A DNA stretch of 64,000 nucleotides from Candidatus Campbellbacteria bacterium (GTDB lineage Bacteria > Patescibacteriota > Minisyncoccia > Phycocordibacterales > UBA1006): positions 2,047 to 66,046 of the forward strand of contig NZWR01000005.1 in the NCBI GenBank assembly GCA_002698305.1, in the 5' to 3' direction. Each line of letters begins with the position of its first letter. Positions within the stretch are counted from its first letter, which is position 1. A program made the translations under genes and the position numbers. The notes under the pieces were generated by a model. It saw nothing but the letters and a program-made list of their open reading frames with translations. It was not told where the DNA came from and searched no databases. Below, piece by piece: positions 24,329 through 32,972 of the stretch.

Positions 24329-24730
24329 ATGATTAATGAAATTAGCAAGATAAAAGAAAGATTAGATAAACTTGAAAGTGTAGTTTTTTCTAAAAAAGAA
24401 AATAGCCTACATTCTTTTTCTCAATCAACAAATATAGATTTTTCATTAAATGAAAGAGCTTTTATTAAAAGGTACTCAAGTAATTTAGGTAACGGTCAGG
24501 AATTTACTACATTAATAGTAGCGTATTTATCTGAAGGGAAAGAAGCTACTCAGATCTCGTCGCAAGAAATAAAAAAGGTATGGGAAAGGTGTTCTGGACT
24601 GATCGGCATTCCTTTTCAATCAATTTTCACGACTAGGGCAAAAGGTAATGGATGGATTAATCCATTAGAAAAAAGAGGTTTTTATGAGTTAGGTAACTCT
24701 TGGTTACAGATTTTAGATTCCAATGAGTAG
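24329..24730 (+). CDS. small wHTH-like protein (cassette gene 3)
   Basis: 133 aa; N-terminal helix EISKIKERLDKLESV similar to gene 2; ISSQEIKKVWERC...GNGWINPLEKRGFYEL. Confidence 0.4.
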   Translation: MINEISKIKERLDKLESVVFSKKENSLHSFSQSTNIDFSLNERAFIKRYSSNLGNGQEFTTLIVAYLSEGKEATQISSQEIKKVWERCSGLIGIPFQSIFTTRAKGNGWINPLEKRGFYELGNSWLQILDSNE

Positions 24731-25460
24731 GATACTGGGTACAATTCCAGAATTTCTTGAAAATAAACTAACTGACGAATTCCTTGAAATTAAAAGACTC
24801 TTTCAAATGAATGAATTTCAACCATCTCAACTTAATGCTGGGAGATTAGCAGAGGTGGTATTGCGTATTTTTCAAGATTTACTGTCTGAAACTATTACCC
24901 CCTTAGGGAATCAAATTAGTGCAAGAGATAAAACACGTATACTAAATAGTGTTGAAAATCATCCAACGCTTGACCCCCATATTCGCCAAAAATCTACTTC
25001 TATAGTAAGACTACTCTTAGACTTCAGAAATAATAGGGACATAGCACATCTAGGAGGGTTAAATGCAAATAAGATTGATGCTTATTTTATAATGATTTCA
25101 TCTAATTGGATCTACGCAGAATTCATTCGTGTGTATGGTAATTATCCAATTGAAGATGCACAAATAATGATTGATAAATTAGGGGTGCCTAATTACCCAG
25201 TCATTTTTGATATCGACGGTGATGAATTTATAGCAAGAGATAATCTTAAATCCTGGGAAGAAGTTCTTGTTTTTTGTTCTGTTCGTGAGAGAGGTTTTGA
25301 TTTTCTGTATTCGAAAACTAAAGATAGTAATAAAAAACGTTTTTCTGATACTATAAGTCGTATGATCAAAGATAGGTTGATCCTTATTAAAGACGGTAAA
25401 TACTATATAATGCCCAAAGGAATAGAAAAAGTTAAAGAGAGAAAACTTTTAGAATATTAA
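24723..25460 (+). CDS. HEPN-like (Rx6H) protein with C-terminal wHTH (cassette gene 4)
   Basis: 245 aa; overlaps gene 3 by 8 nt; helical N-domain with LLLDFRNNRDIAHLGG (R102..H109, 25026..25049); C-terminal FSDTISRMIKDRLILIKDGKYYIMPKG. Confidence 0.45.
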   Translation: MSRILGTIPEFLENKLTDEFLEIKRLFQMNEFQPSQLNAGRLAEVVLRIFQDLLSETITPLGNQISARDKTRILNSVENHPTLDPHIRQKSTSIVRLLLDFRNNRDIAHLGGLNANKIDAYFIMISSNWIYAEFIRVYGNYPIEDAQIMIDKLGVPNYPVIFDIDGDEFIARDNLKSWEEVLVFCSVRERGFDFLYSKTKDSNKKRFSDTISRMIKDRLILIKDGKYYIMPKGIEKVKERKLLEY

Positions 25461-25556
25461 TTCAAAACAGAATGTTGCTTGCAATATTTTTTTGTTCCAG
25501 CACGAGGTCGCACACCAATAAACATATTTAATTTCCGAGAATTATAGCACTTCACG

Positions 25557-25565
25557 TGGTACAAT
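25557..25565 (+). promoter_or_regulatory. extended -10 TGgTACAAT, leaderless spacing
   Basis: 6 nt to ATG 25572. Confidence 0.55.
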
Positions 25566-25571
25566 CATTAT

Positions 25572-27719
25572 ATGTCCTCATCTTATTTTGGATCATATAA
25601 ATTAAGTCTCATACTGTTTCTAACGATGCTTTTTTTGACTGGATATTTGTCACTTTATTCTTACGATAGAACCAAAGATGAATCTTATCAAAATTTTGCT
25701 GAGCATTCAGAAAGTCTGGTTGAAGAAATTCTAGAGCGAGAGCAATCATATCTTACTATTTTGCGTGGAACTAAAGGTTTTTTTGGTGCTAGTGAGGTTG
25801 TTACTCAGGATGAATGGAATAGTTATGTTGCAGAGTATGATATTGAAAATAGATTTAAAGGTATTCAAGGTTTAGTTTTTGCTCCAGTAGTACCTAAAGA
25901 GAACTTGACGTCTCATGAAAATACTTATCGCCAATTGCTGAGTAGAAAAGATTACTCTGTTCTATCAGAGGGATCGAAAGACTATTATATACCGATGGTC
26001 TATATTGAACCATTCACTGGAACAAACCCTGATGCAGTGGGGCTTGATATGGCTCAAAAAGGCCAGCGTGAAGATGCTATTATTACAGCGATTAAAAGTG
26101 GGGAGGTAAGTAATTCTGGAAAATTATACCTCCGTCAGAAAAGTGCTGTTGACGAAGACCCAGGTTTTATTTTATACGCACCATTGTATAGAAATGAAAA
26201 TGGTACAAATACACTATCAAATACAGAAGCAATAATACTTCTTGGTTTTAAGATGGAGAAATTTTTAGACGGTATTTTCCCGTTTAACGATAAGCTGACA
26301 AGGATTGCCATTTATGATGGTCAGATTGACGCAAATTCATTATTGTATATAAACCATCAAGGTAATCCAGGGGAGATGGTATATGAACGTAGTATTCAAA
26401 TAGCTAATAAAAATTGGATACTTAAATTTGAAGGGGATTACGGTTACGGACTTAATGCCCTTGAGAGATATTCTCCTTATTTAATAGCAGTTATCGGACT
26501 TCTTATATCTGGTTTTGTTGGACTTTTATTATATTTTGCAAATACTAGAGAGCAGAGAGCTAAAAAAATGGCAAACAGAATGCTACAAAGTTTTACTAAA
26601 GAGAAAAAGGTAGCTGAGGAAGAGCGTAATAAAATTAAGACTATTATTGATAGCCTCAGTGATGGCCTCATCGTTACTGACGCACACGGTATAGTCATAA
26701 GAATTAATCCGATTGTTACACAAATTCTTGGGTTTACCGAAAAAGAATTATTAGGTAAGGACTATAAAAAAATCTTTCCTGTGTATGATTCATTTGGAAA
26801 AACCCTCGATAGTGAGTTATTTCCTATTCAATATGTTCTTCAAAATGGTAAAAAATTTACTCATATTGAAAAAACATTTTATTACAAAAATACATCAGGG
26901 CTTCTGGTGCCTGTTTCAATTTCAGCTTCTCCTATTAAATTGGAGGGTGAGATTATTGGAGTAGCACAAGTATTTCGTGATATTACAGAATTAGAGAGGA
27001 TTGACCGTGCCAAGACTGAATTTGTTTCGTTAGCAAGTCACCAACTGCGGACACCACTCACAGCTATTGGTTGGTACACCGAAATGCTTCTTGATGATAG
27101 GAAAAGTATCCCAGAAAAATATCAAACTTTTCTTGATGAAATTCAAGAGGGGAGTCGACGCATGGTCGAGTTAGTTGATGCATTATTGAATGTTTCTCGT
27201 ATCGAGCTAGGAAGCTTTGCAGTTGATCCCGTTGATGTTTCTGTAAACGAATTAATAAAGGAAATACAAGAAGAGGTCTCAGTTTTAATAAAAGAAAAGA
27301 AAATCAACATTGTGACTAATTGTAATCCTGATAAGATTATTTACCGAGCTGACAAAAGTTTATTAAAAATTATTGTTTCAAACCTTGTGGTAAATGCTAT
27401 TAAATATTCAGACCATGGTTCAGTTGTAGAGGCGTCATTTGATTATGAAAAGGAATTTATTCTGCAAGTTAAGGATAAAGGTCGAGGTATTCCAGAGCAG
27501 GATCAAAAACATATTTTTGAAAAAATGTTTAGGGCGACAAATGCATTAACAACGGATACAACTGGGACAGGCCTAGGTCTTTACATTATTAAAGCGATAG
27601 TTGAGCAGGCCAACGGAAGCATTAGTTTCGTTTCTGAGGAAAATAAAGGAACTACTTTTACTGTTGTATTGCCAAAAGGCGGTATGCTTGAGAAGGAAGG
27701 TTCAAAACCTTTGATTTAA
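25572..27719 (+). CDS. sensor histidine kinase (CHASE-like extracytoplasmic domain, PAS, HisKA, HATPase_c)
   Basis: Two TM helices flanking a ~280-aa sensor domain, PAS region, H-box FVSLASHQLRTPLTAI, G-boxes DKGRGIP and GTGLGLYI. Confidence 0.9.
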   Translation: MSSSYFGSYKLSLILFLTMLFLTGYLSLYSYDRTKDESYQNFAEHSESLVEEILEREQSYLTILRGTKGFFGASEVVTQDEWNSYVAEYDIENRFKGIQGLVFAPVVPKENLTSHENTYRQLLSRKDYSVLSEGSKDYYIPMVYIEPFTGTNPDAVGLDMAQKGQREDAIITAIKSGEVSNSGKLYLRQKSAVDEDPGFILYAPLYRNENGTNTLSNTEAIILLGFKMEKFLDGIFPFNDKLTRIAIYDGQIDANSLLYINHQGNPGEMVYERSIQIANKNWILKFEGDYGYGLNALERYSPYLIAVIGLLISGFVGLLLYFANTREQRAKKMANRMLQSFTKEKKVAEEERNKIKTIIDSLSDGLIVTDAHGIVIRINPIVTQILGFTEKELLGKDYKKIFPVYDSFGKTLDSELFPIQYVLQNGKKFTHIEKTFYYKNTSGLLVPVSISASPIKLEGEIIGVAQVFRDITELERIDRAKTEFVSLASHQLRTPLTAIGWYTEMLLDDRKSIPEKYQTFLDEIQEGSRRMVELVDALLNVSRIELGSFAVDPVDVSVNELIKEIQEEVSVLIKEKKINIVTNCNPDKIIYRADKSLLKIIVSNLVVNAIKYSDHGSVVEASFDYEKEFILQVKDKGRGIPEQDQKHIFEKMFRATNALTTDTTGTGLGLYIIKAIVEQANGSISFVSEENKGTTFTVVLPKGGMLEKEGSKPLI

Positions 27720-27722
27720 ATT

Positions 27723-28043
27723 ATGGAAGAAAAAGATATACAACTTATTCGTGAAAATAACAAGCTATTAAAGGAATCCCTTGCTTTGTCTAAGGAGAAT
27801 GCAAAAAAGATAAAAAAGATTCATTCCAGTATCCGCAGGACTATGATTTTAAAAACAATCTATTGGTTTGTAATTATTATGGTTACTGTTTCTGCGCTTT
27901 ACTATTCAAAACCATACATTGAAGAAGCGATTGACACGTATGAAAATGTTAAAGAACAGACTGGTAAAGCCTCTGAATTAATCAACGAACCTGGCGGCAT
28001 GTTTAAGAATATTAATCTTATTGAAAAATTCTTCAGCTCATGA
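27723..28043 (+). CDS. hypothetical single-TM protein
   Basis: 106 aa, coiled N-terminus, one TM (ILKTIYWFVIIMVTVSALYY); 3 nt after kinase stop. Confidence 0.5.
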   Translation: MEEKDIQLIRENNKLLKESLALSKENAKKIKKIHSSIRRTMILKTIYWFVIIMVTVSALYYSKPYIEEAIDTYENVKEQTGKASELINEPGGMFKNINLIEKFFSS

Positions 28044-28058
28044 TAGCATGGGTCCGTT

Positions 28059-28132
28059 GCTCAGGTAGCTCAGTTGGTTAGAGCACTTGTTTGAAGCACA
28101 AGGGGTCGGCAGTTCGAATCTGCCCCTGAGCA
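28059..28132 (+). tRNA. tRNA-Phe (anticodon GAA), no encoded CCA
   Basis: Acceptor GCTCAGG/CCTGAGC, anticodon arm CTTGT-TTGAAGC-ACAAG, T arm GGCAG-TTCGAAT-CTGCC. Confidence 0.9.
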
Positions 28133-28143
28133 CATATTAAAAA

Positions 28144-28173
28144 ATCACCCAGAATTAATTCTGGGTGATTTTG
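28144..28173. terminator. bidirectional terminator
   Basis: Perfect 13+13 palindrome ATCACCCAGAATT/AATTCTGGGTGAT flanked by A and T runs. Confidence 0.8.
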
Positions 28174-28179
28174 TGTTAT

Positions 28180-28581
28180 TTAGATATTTACTGCAATCAA
28201 TATGCCAGCAGATACTATACCAGCAATTATATGAAACCATGGGTGCAGTTTTTCATAATCCCCGCGTTTCCATCCATAAAAGAAAAATAATATAACTAAC
28301 GTAAGTAAAATAATAAACATTATTTTAACGACAGATGACATGTATAGATAAGAATATAAATACATATAAGTAAATGAACCTATTGCGAACAACCAATCAA
28401 ACATACGAAATAATTTAAATAAACCATGATGTCTTTTTCTAGAATATAAATGGTAAAGAGTTGAGAATACAGCAATTCCAATTGAAAAGAATAAATATAG
28501 ATATTCTTTATATATTAATGAAAAAAATACTGGAAAAAGAAGAAAGGTGTTCGACCAGATCATAAATAAATAATTTTTCAT
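28180..28581 (-). CDS. hypothetical polytopic membrane protein
   Basis: 133 aa, four hydrophobic helices; TGaTATAAT (reverse complement of 28588..28596) 6 nt before the ATG. Confidence 0.55.
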   Translation of the reverse strand: MKNYLFMIWSNTFLLFPVFFSLIYKEYLYLFFSIGIAVFSTLYHLYSRKRHHGLFKLFRMFDWLFAIGSFTYMYLYSYLYMSSVVKIMFIILLTLVILFFFYGWKRGDYEKLHPWFHIIAGIVSAGILIAVNI

Positions 28582-28624
28582 TTTTAAATTATATCAAATA
28601 TATTTTTTGATAAAACGTATAAAT

Positions 28625-28652
28625 AAAAAACACGCTGTACAGCGTGTTTTTT
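28625..28652 (-). terminator. terminator after hsp20
   Basis: AAAAAACACGCTGTACAGCGTGTTTTTT palindrome. Confidence 0.8.
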
Positions 28653-28653
28653 A

Positions 28654-29133
28654 TTATCTAATCTTAATTCTTGCTTGACGGTCTTTATCTACAAGAGGAA
28701 GAACAAGTGTTAAGAGTCCGTGTGACTCGTGTGCTTCAGCAAGTTCAATATCAACTTCTTCGGGAAGTTCAATGGTTCGCTCAAAAGCACCCCAATACAG
28801 TTCTTCGTAATAATGAGTTTCGATACGTCCTTCTGGATCATTGGCTCGTGAACCTTCGATTTTTACTTGATCACGGGTAAGTGAGATATCAATTTCTGAT
28901 TTTTTGATTCCAGCAACCATAGTTTTAATAATGATTGCATTATTAACACGATACATGTCGACAGATAACTCGCCGACCTCTTCAGTATCAAAATCGTCAT
29001 CCTCATCATATAAATCATCTGATTCTAAGACCTCTTCTTCTACATATTCTTCATTGTCATCTTTGATATATTCCTCGTCAGATGAAAATTTAATGCTTCC
29101 TGTTAATTTTTCAAAAAAGTTTCGTTTATTCAT
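28654..29133 (-). CDS. Hsp20/alpha-crystallin family small heat-shock protein
   Basis: Acidic N-terminus, alpha-crystallin core; FERTIELPEEVD and GLLTLVLP motifs. Confidence 0.8.
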   Translation of the reverse strand: MNKRNFFEKLTGSIKFSSDEEYIKDDNEEYVEEEVLESDDLYDEDDDFDTEEVGELSVDMYRVNNAIIIKTMVAGIKKSEIDISLTRDQVKIEGSRANDPEGRIETHYYEELYWGAFERTIELPEEVDIELAEAHESHGLLTLVLPLVDKDRQARIKIR

Positions 29134-29137
29134 AGTG

Positions 29138-29830
29138 TTAGTGATTTACTCTTCGAACACGCTCAAACATGGCAATAATAACTAAGGTAACTATCCATAA
29201 AATACCAAGTGTGAGAAATCCGTTAAGCTCTACATATTTAATTATAAAGTAGTTAAAAAATGTGTGCAATATTGTAACAATTCCAAGCCCAAGAACAGTA
29301 AAAATAAACTTTGTTTTCTTCGATTTATAGAATACAAACCCTATAATAATTCCTAAAATTGCAGCAAGAACACTGTGAAGAATACTCGCCCCTAAAAATC
29401 GCAGTGTTCCTGTCTCTATAACGAAAGATATATCTTGCTGCAAGCTTGGCTCAAGGACAAATAGAATATTTTCCATGGTTGCAAAACCAAGAGCCCCAGT
29501 AATAAGATATATCGCATAATCAATTGGCTCGTCAAGATATGAGGAATTAAAATCAATAAAGAACACGACGCTGAACTTAGCGATTTCTTCAACAGCAGCA
29601 AAAAATAAAATTCTGTGATTATCTATAAATCCAGCCGCTTTAGCGAACTGCTCGAGAGGGGTAATGAGAAAGACAACAAGAGCCCCAGCAAAAAAGGTTA
29701 ATATAATAAGCCCTCGTGGCTCCGGCTGAAAACGATCTTCTCGTAACCAAAAAAACAACCATAAAAGAGTAGGAAGTACGGCTGACAGCACAATCGTTAC
29801 TACGATGTCGGTTGTTATAATTGGGGCCAT
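29138..29830 (-). CDS. PrsW-family intramembrane protease
   Basis: Multi-TM; FFAAVEEIAKF (EExxK) and ASILHSVLAAILG His motif. Confidence 0.7.
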   Translation of the reverse strand: MAPIITTDIVVTIVLSAVLPTLLWLFFWLREDRFQPEPRGLIILTFFAGALVVFLITPLEQFAKAAGFIDNHRILFFAAVEEIAKFSVVFFIDFNSSYLDEPIDYAIYLITGALGFATMENILFVLEPSLQQDISFVIETGTLRFLGASILHSVLAAILGIIIGFVFYKSKKTKFIFTVLGLGIVTILHTFFNYFIIKYVELNGFLTLGILWIVTLVIIAMFERVRRVNH

Positions 29831-32013
29831 GATACTGTCATCAGTATATCACGGTCATTATTGTTTTTTAGATCCTGCCAAATTTCTTCAGTGATGAACG
29901 GCATAAATGGATGAAGCATAATACAGATATTTTTAAGAATGTGCCGTAACAGTTTTTTTCGAGAGAGTATCTCACTATCATTTCCATTTTCAAAAATAGC
30001 TTTTGATTCTTCAAGAATCTCATCAGCAAAAGTATGCCACGTATAGTGATAGAGTTTTTCTGCTACGAGATAGAGTTTGTTCTCGTCCATTTCTTTTGTA
30101 AGTTCTTTTGTACGTTCGCTGAAATGATTAAGAATTTCCACATCACGTTTTGAAAAAGAGCCCTCGTATACTTCGTGTTGCTTGTCTGTTTCAGTTAAAA
30201 CAAAACGGGTAATATTCCAAAGCTTATTTGCAAATTTTCGGTATGCTTTTACTTTTTGCAGATCAAAGCTCATATCCTGCCCAGGTGTTACCCCAATGGT
30301 CAGTGCCATGCGTAATGCATCAGTTCCATACTGCTCGATAACTTCAAGAGGATCAATTCCATTATTCAGTGACTTACTAAATTTGCGACCCTGTTTGTCG
30401 CGCAGCATGCCATGAATATGCACTTCTTTAAAAGGAATGTCACCAACCAAGAAAGTAGACATAAGAATCATGCGTGATACCCACAGCGGTAGGATTTCAT
30501 ACCCAGGGTTCAAAAGATTTGTCGGGTGATAGGTTTTAAAATCCTCAGCTTCAGTGTTTGGCCAACCGAGAGTGCTGAATGACCACAGGCCAGATGAAAA
30601 CCATGTATCAAGGGTATCAGTGTCTTGAACCCATCCATAACCAGGTGATGTTTCTGACACCTTCATGTCTTCACCGTCTTTGTACCATACAGGTATTTGA
30701 TGGCCGAAAATTATTTGACGACTAATATTCCAATCACGTAGATTGGTAATCCAGTGTCGGTACGTTTTCTCAAATCGCTCAGGAACAATACTTACCTCTT
30801 CGTTCTCTACTACGTGTAGCATTAATTCTTTTAAAGTAACTGATTGTCCTTTTTCAATTCCTGTGAGGCTATCATGAGGATAATCAAATGATTTATTTAC
30901 ATTAATCCACCATTGCAATTTTGGTAGCGGTTCAATAACACCTCCTGTACGCTCGGCAATACCAACATTCTGAATAATCTTTTCCTCTGAAACCATAAGG
31001 TTATTATCGCGAAGCCATTGTGCTACAGTTTCGCGTGCTACTGCAGCTTTGGTATTTTTAATATCGTCATTTCCGATAATCATCTTACCGTATTCATTGA
31101 TAACCTGAACTGAAGGTAGATCGTGCCGTTCTGCTATTTCAGAGTCAATCATTGAGTGCGCTGGGGTAACGCCAAGGGCACCAACACCAAATTCAGAGTC
31201 GACATGTTCATCTGCAATTATTTTTACGGTAACGTCTGCACCAGCAAAGGTAAATGAGTATTCATTTCCTATATATTGTTGATACCGCGTATCATCAGGG
31301 TGAACAGCTACTGCCGTGTCACCAAGTTTTGTTTCAGGACGTGTTGAAGCAATCGGGAAAGGGAAGTCATCTGAATACTTAAAGGTATACATCGTTGCTT
31401 CACGTTCTTCGCGCAAAACCTCGTCATCAGATACGGTTGTCTGACCTTTAACATCCCAATTAACAATTCGGTCCTTTTGGTAAATAAGTTCCGCATCATA
31501 CATTTTTTTAAATGCTGTATAGACTGCGTGTTGACGTGCCTCATCTAGAGTAAAAGCAAGGCGACTCCAATCAAGGGAGGCTCCCATTTTTTTAAGCTGT
31601 CCTAGAATGGTTGATTGGTGAGCACGACCAAAATCAAGGGTCATATCAAAAAAATCATTTCGATCATAATCATGACGAGATTTTTTTTCCTTTTTATAAT
31701 GTTCTTTTTCAAATTTTGCCTGTGTTGCAATAGCTGCGTGATCAGTTCCTGGAACCCACAGCGTTCTGAATCCTTTCATTCTACGATAGCGAATGATTGC
31801 ATCTTGTGTAGCATCCTCAAAAGCATGTCCCAGGTGCAGTTGACCTGTAACATTAGGAGGGGGAAGTACGATAGAGAAGGGGGCCGCATCTTCCTTAGTT
31901 AGGCCGTCTCTAATCATGGCATCAGGATTAAAATACCCTGATTGTTCCCACATATCGTAAATAGTGGATTCGCTTGCTGAAGCGTCGTACGGTGATAAAT
32001 ATTTATCGTTCAT
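29815..32013 (-). CDS. valS: valine--tRNA ligase (short form, 732 aa)
   Basis: HIGH-type PPPNVTGQLHLGHA and KMSKS-type KFSKSLNN; TGcTAGGAT (reverse complement of 32021..32029) 7 nt before the ATG. Confidence 0.9.
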   Translation of the reverse strand: MNDKYLSPYDASASESTIYDMWEQSGYFNPDAMIRDGLTKEDAAPFSIVLPPPNVTGQLHLGHAFEDATQDAIIRYRRMKGFRTLWVPGTDHAAIATQAKFEKEHYKKEKKSRHDYDRNDFFDMTLDFGRAHQSTILGQLKKMGASLDWSRLAFTLDEARQHAVYTAFKKMYDAELIYQKDRIVNWDVKGQTTVSDDEVLREEREATMYTFKYSDDFPFPIASTRPETKLGDTAVAVHPDDTRYQQYIGNEYSFTFAGADVTVKIIADEHVDSEFGVGALGVTPAHSMIDSEIAERHDLPSVQVINEYGKMIIGNDDIKNTKAAVARETVAQWLRDNNLMVSEEKIIQNVGIAERTGGVIEPLPKLQWWINVNKSFDYPHDSLTGIEKGQSVTLKELMLHVVENEEVSIVPERFEKTYRHWITNLRDWNISRQIIFGHQIPVWYKDGEDMKVSETSPGYGWVQDTDTLDTWFSSGLWSFSTLGWPNTEAEDFKTYHPTNLLNPGYEILPLWVSRMILMSTFLVGDIPFKEVHIHGMLRDKQGRKFSKSLNNGIDPLEVIEQYGTDALRMALTIGVTPGQDMSFDLQKVKAYRKFANKLWNITRFVLTETDKQHEVYEGSFSKRDVEILNHFSERTKELTKEMDENKLYLVAEKLYHYTWHTFADEILEESKAIFENGNDSEILSRKKLLRHILKNICIMLHPFMPFITEEIWQDLKNNNDRDILMTVSWPQL

Positions 32014-32105
32014 AATTAATATCCTAGCACAGCATTTGTAAATGAGAATTTATTGTATTTTTAAATATTTATGATTTAATAAATACAAATATTAAAAAAA
32101 CAATA

Positions 32106-32972
32106 ATGAGTTTTATTAAAAGAGTAAAAGCAGTTTGGAATCAAGAAAATGATTTTCCTATTTTTAAAGGTGATTTAGAAGATGATCTAACAGAAAGAAG
32201 TAATTTTTATGAAAAAGAAATTGAAAGAATATCGGAGTCTGAAAATCAAAGGCAGGATTTACTAAATGAGTTTAAACGACAACATCAAGAGGATTTATTG
32301 GAATTCAAAGATGATGCTAAGGAATTTTATAAAAATGCAGAAAGTGATAAAAAAGACCAATTTAAAGATTGGAAGTCTAATTTGTTAAAGGTTTTTGTTG
32401 CCTGGTTTATATTAATGTCAGCGGATAAGATTACAGGCACTAATTTATTTGCAAAGTATATTGTACTCATAGGAGGTATTTATATGACCTGGAAATCATT
32501 AATAGATATTTCTCTATTAGGGCAAAGAGCTTCGTTTGCAAGGAATTGTATTAGAAATGCTAATATCTTACTGGATCGTAAGTTCTGCTATCTGAATGTT
32601 GGCGATGAAAATTTTAAAAATAATAATGGTTTGACGAAATTCTATGTCTCTATTACTAAGTCACAAATTTCACAGCACAAAGGTACATTAAAATTTTTAG
32701 CAATAGGAATCTTAATAACTATTTTTTTGATGTTTTACCTTTTCTTTTTTAAGCAACTACAATTTAAGATTCGCAATAGCGGCCACCTCAGATTTTGGGG
32801 TGGTTGTTTTATTTTTCTGATAATGAAGAAAACCTGCAGATGCAATCATAAGACTATTATCACCACACAAGCTAAGATCAGGAATAAACAGAGGGATATC
32901 GTAATCACTGCATACATTTTTAAATGCTTTCCTGATAGACGTATTTGCAGAAACACCACCGGCGATGATTAG
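32106..32972 (+). CDS. hypothetical membrane protein; 3' end uncertain
   Basis: 288-aa ORF, charged N-half and TM helices; last 216 nt overlap the tsaD 3' end on the other strand and encode a Cys/Arg-rich tail that looks non-genuine. Confidence 0.4.
   Translation: MSFIKRVKAVWNQENDFPIFKGDLEDDLTERSNFYEKEIERISESENQRQDLLNEFKRQHQEDLLEFKDDAKEFYKNAESDKKDQFKDWKSNLLKVFVAWFILMSADKITGTNLFAKYIVLIGGIYMTWKSLIDISLLGQRASFARNCIRNANILLDRKFCYLNVGDENFKNNNGLTKFYVSITKSQISQHKGTLKFLAIGILITIFLMFYLFFFKQLQFKIRNSGHLRFWGGCFIFLIMKKTCRCNHKTIITTQAKIRNKQRDIVITAYIFKCFPDRRICRNTTGDD

Larger units (their letters stand above)
15428..25506 (+). mobile_element. integrative element 2 next to tRNA-Arg: ParB-MTase, TerS-like, cargo, large serine recombinase, wHTH/HEPN cassette; right end unresolved
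   Basis: Starts 1 nt after tRNA-Arg CCA with blocks colinear to element 1 left end; paralogous genes; markedly more AT-rich than flanks through 25460; right end is either just after the recombinase (~23.3 kb) or near CACGAG at 25501. Confidence 0.45.

Noticed and set aside
28671-29185. Plus-strand ORFs antisense to hsp20 (28671..28880, 28904..29185)
   Set aside because: They lie opposite a clear alpha-crystallin gene and give Ser/low-complexity translations.
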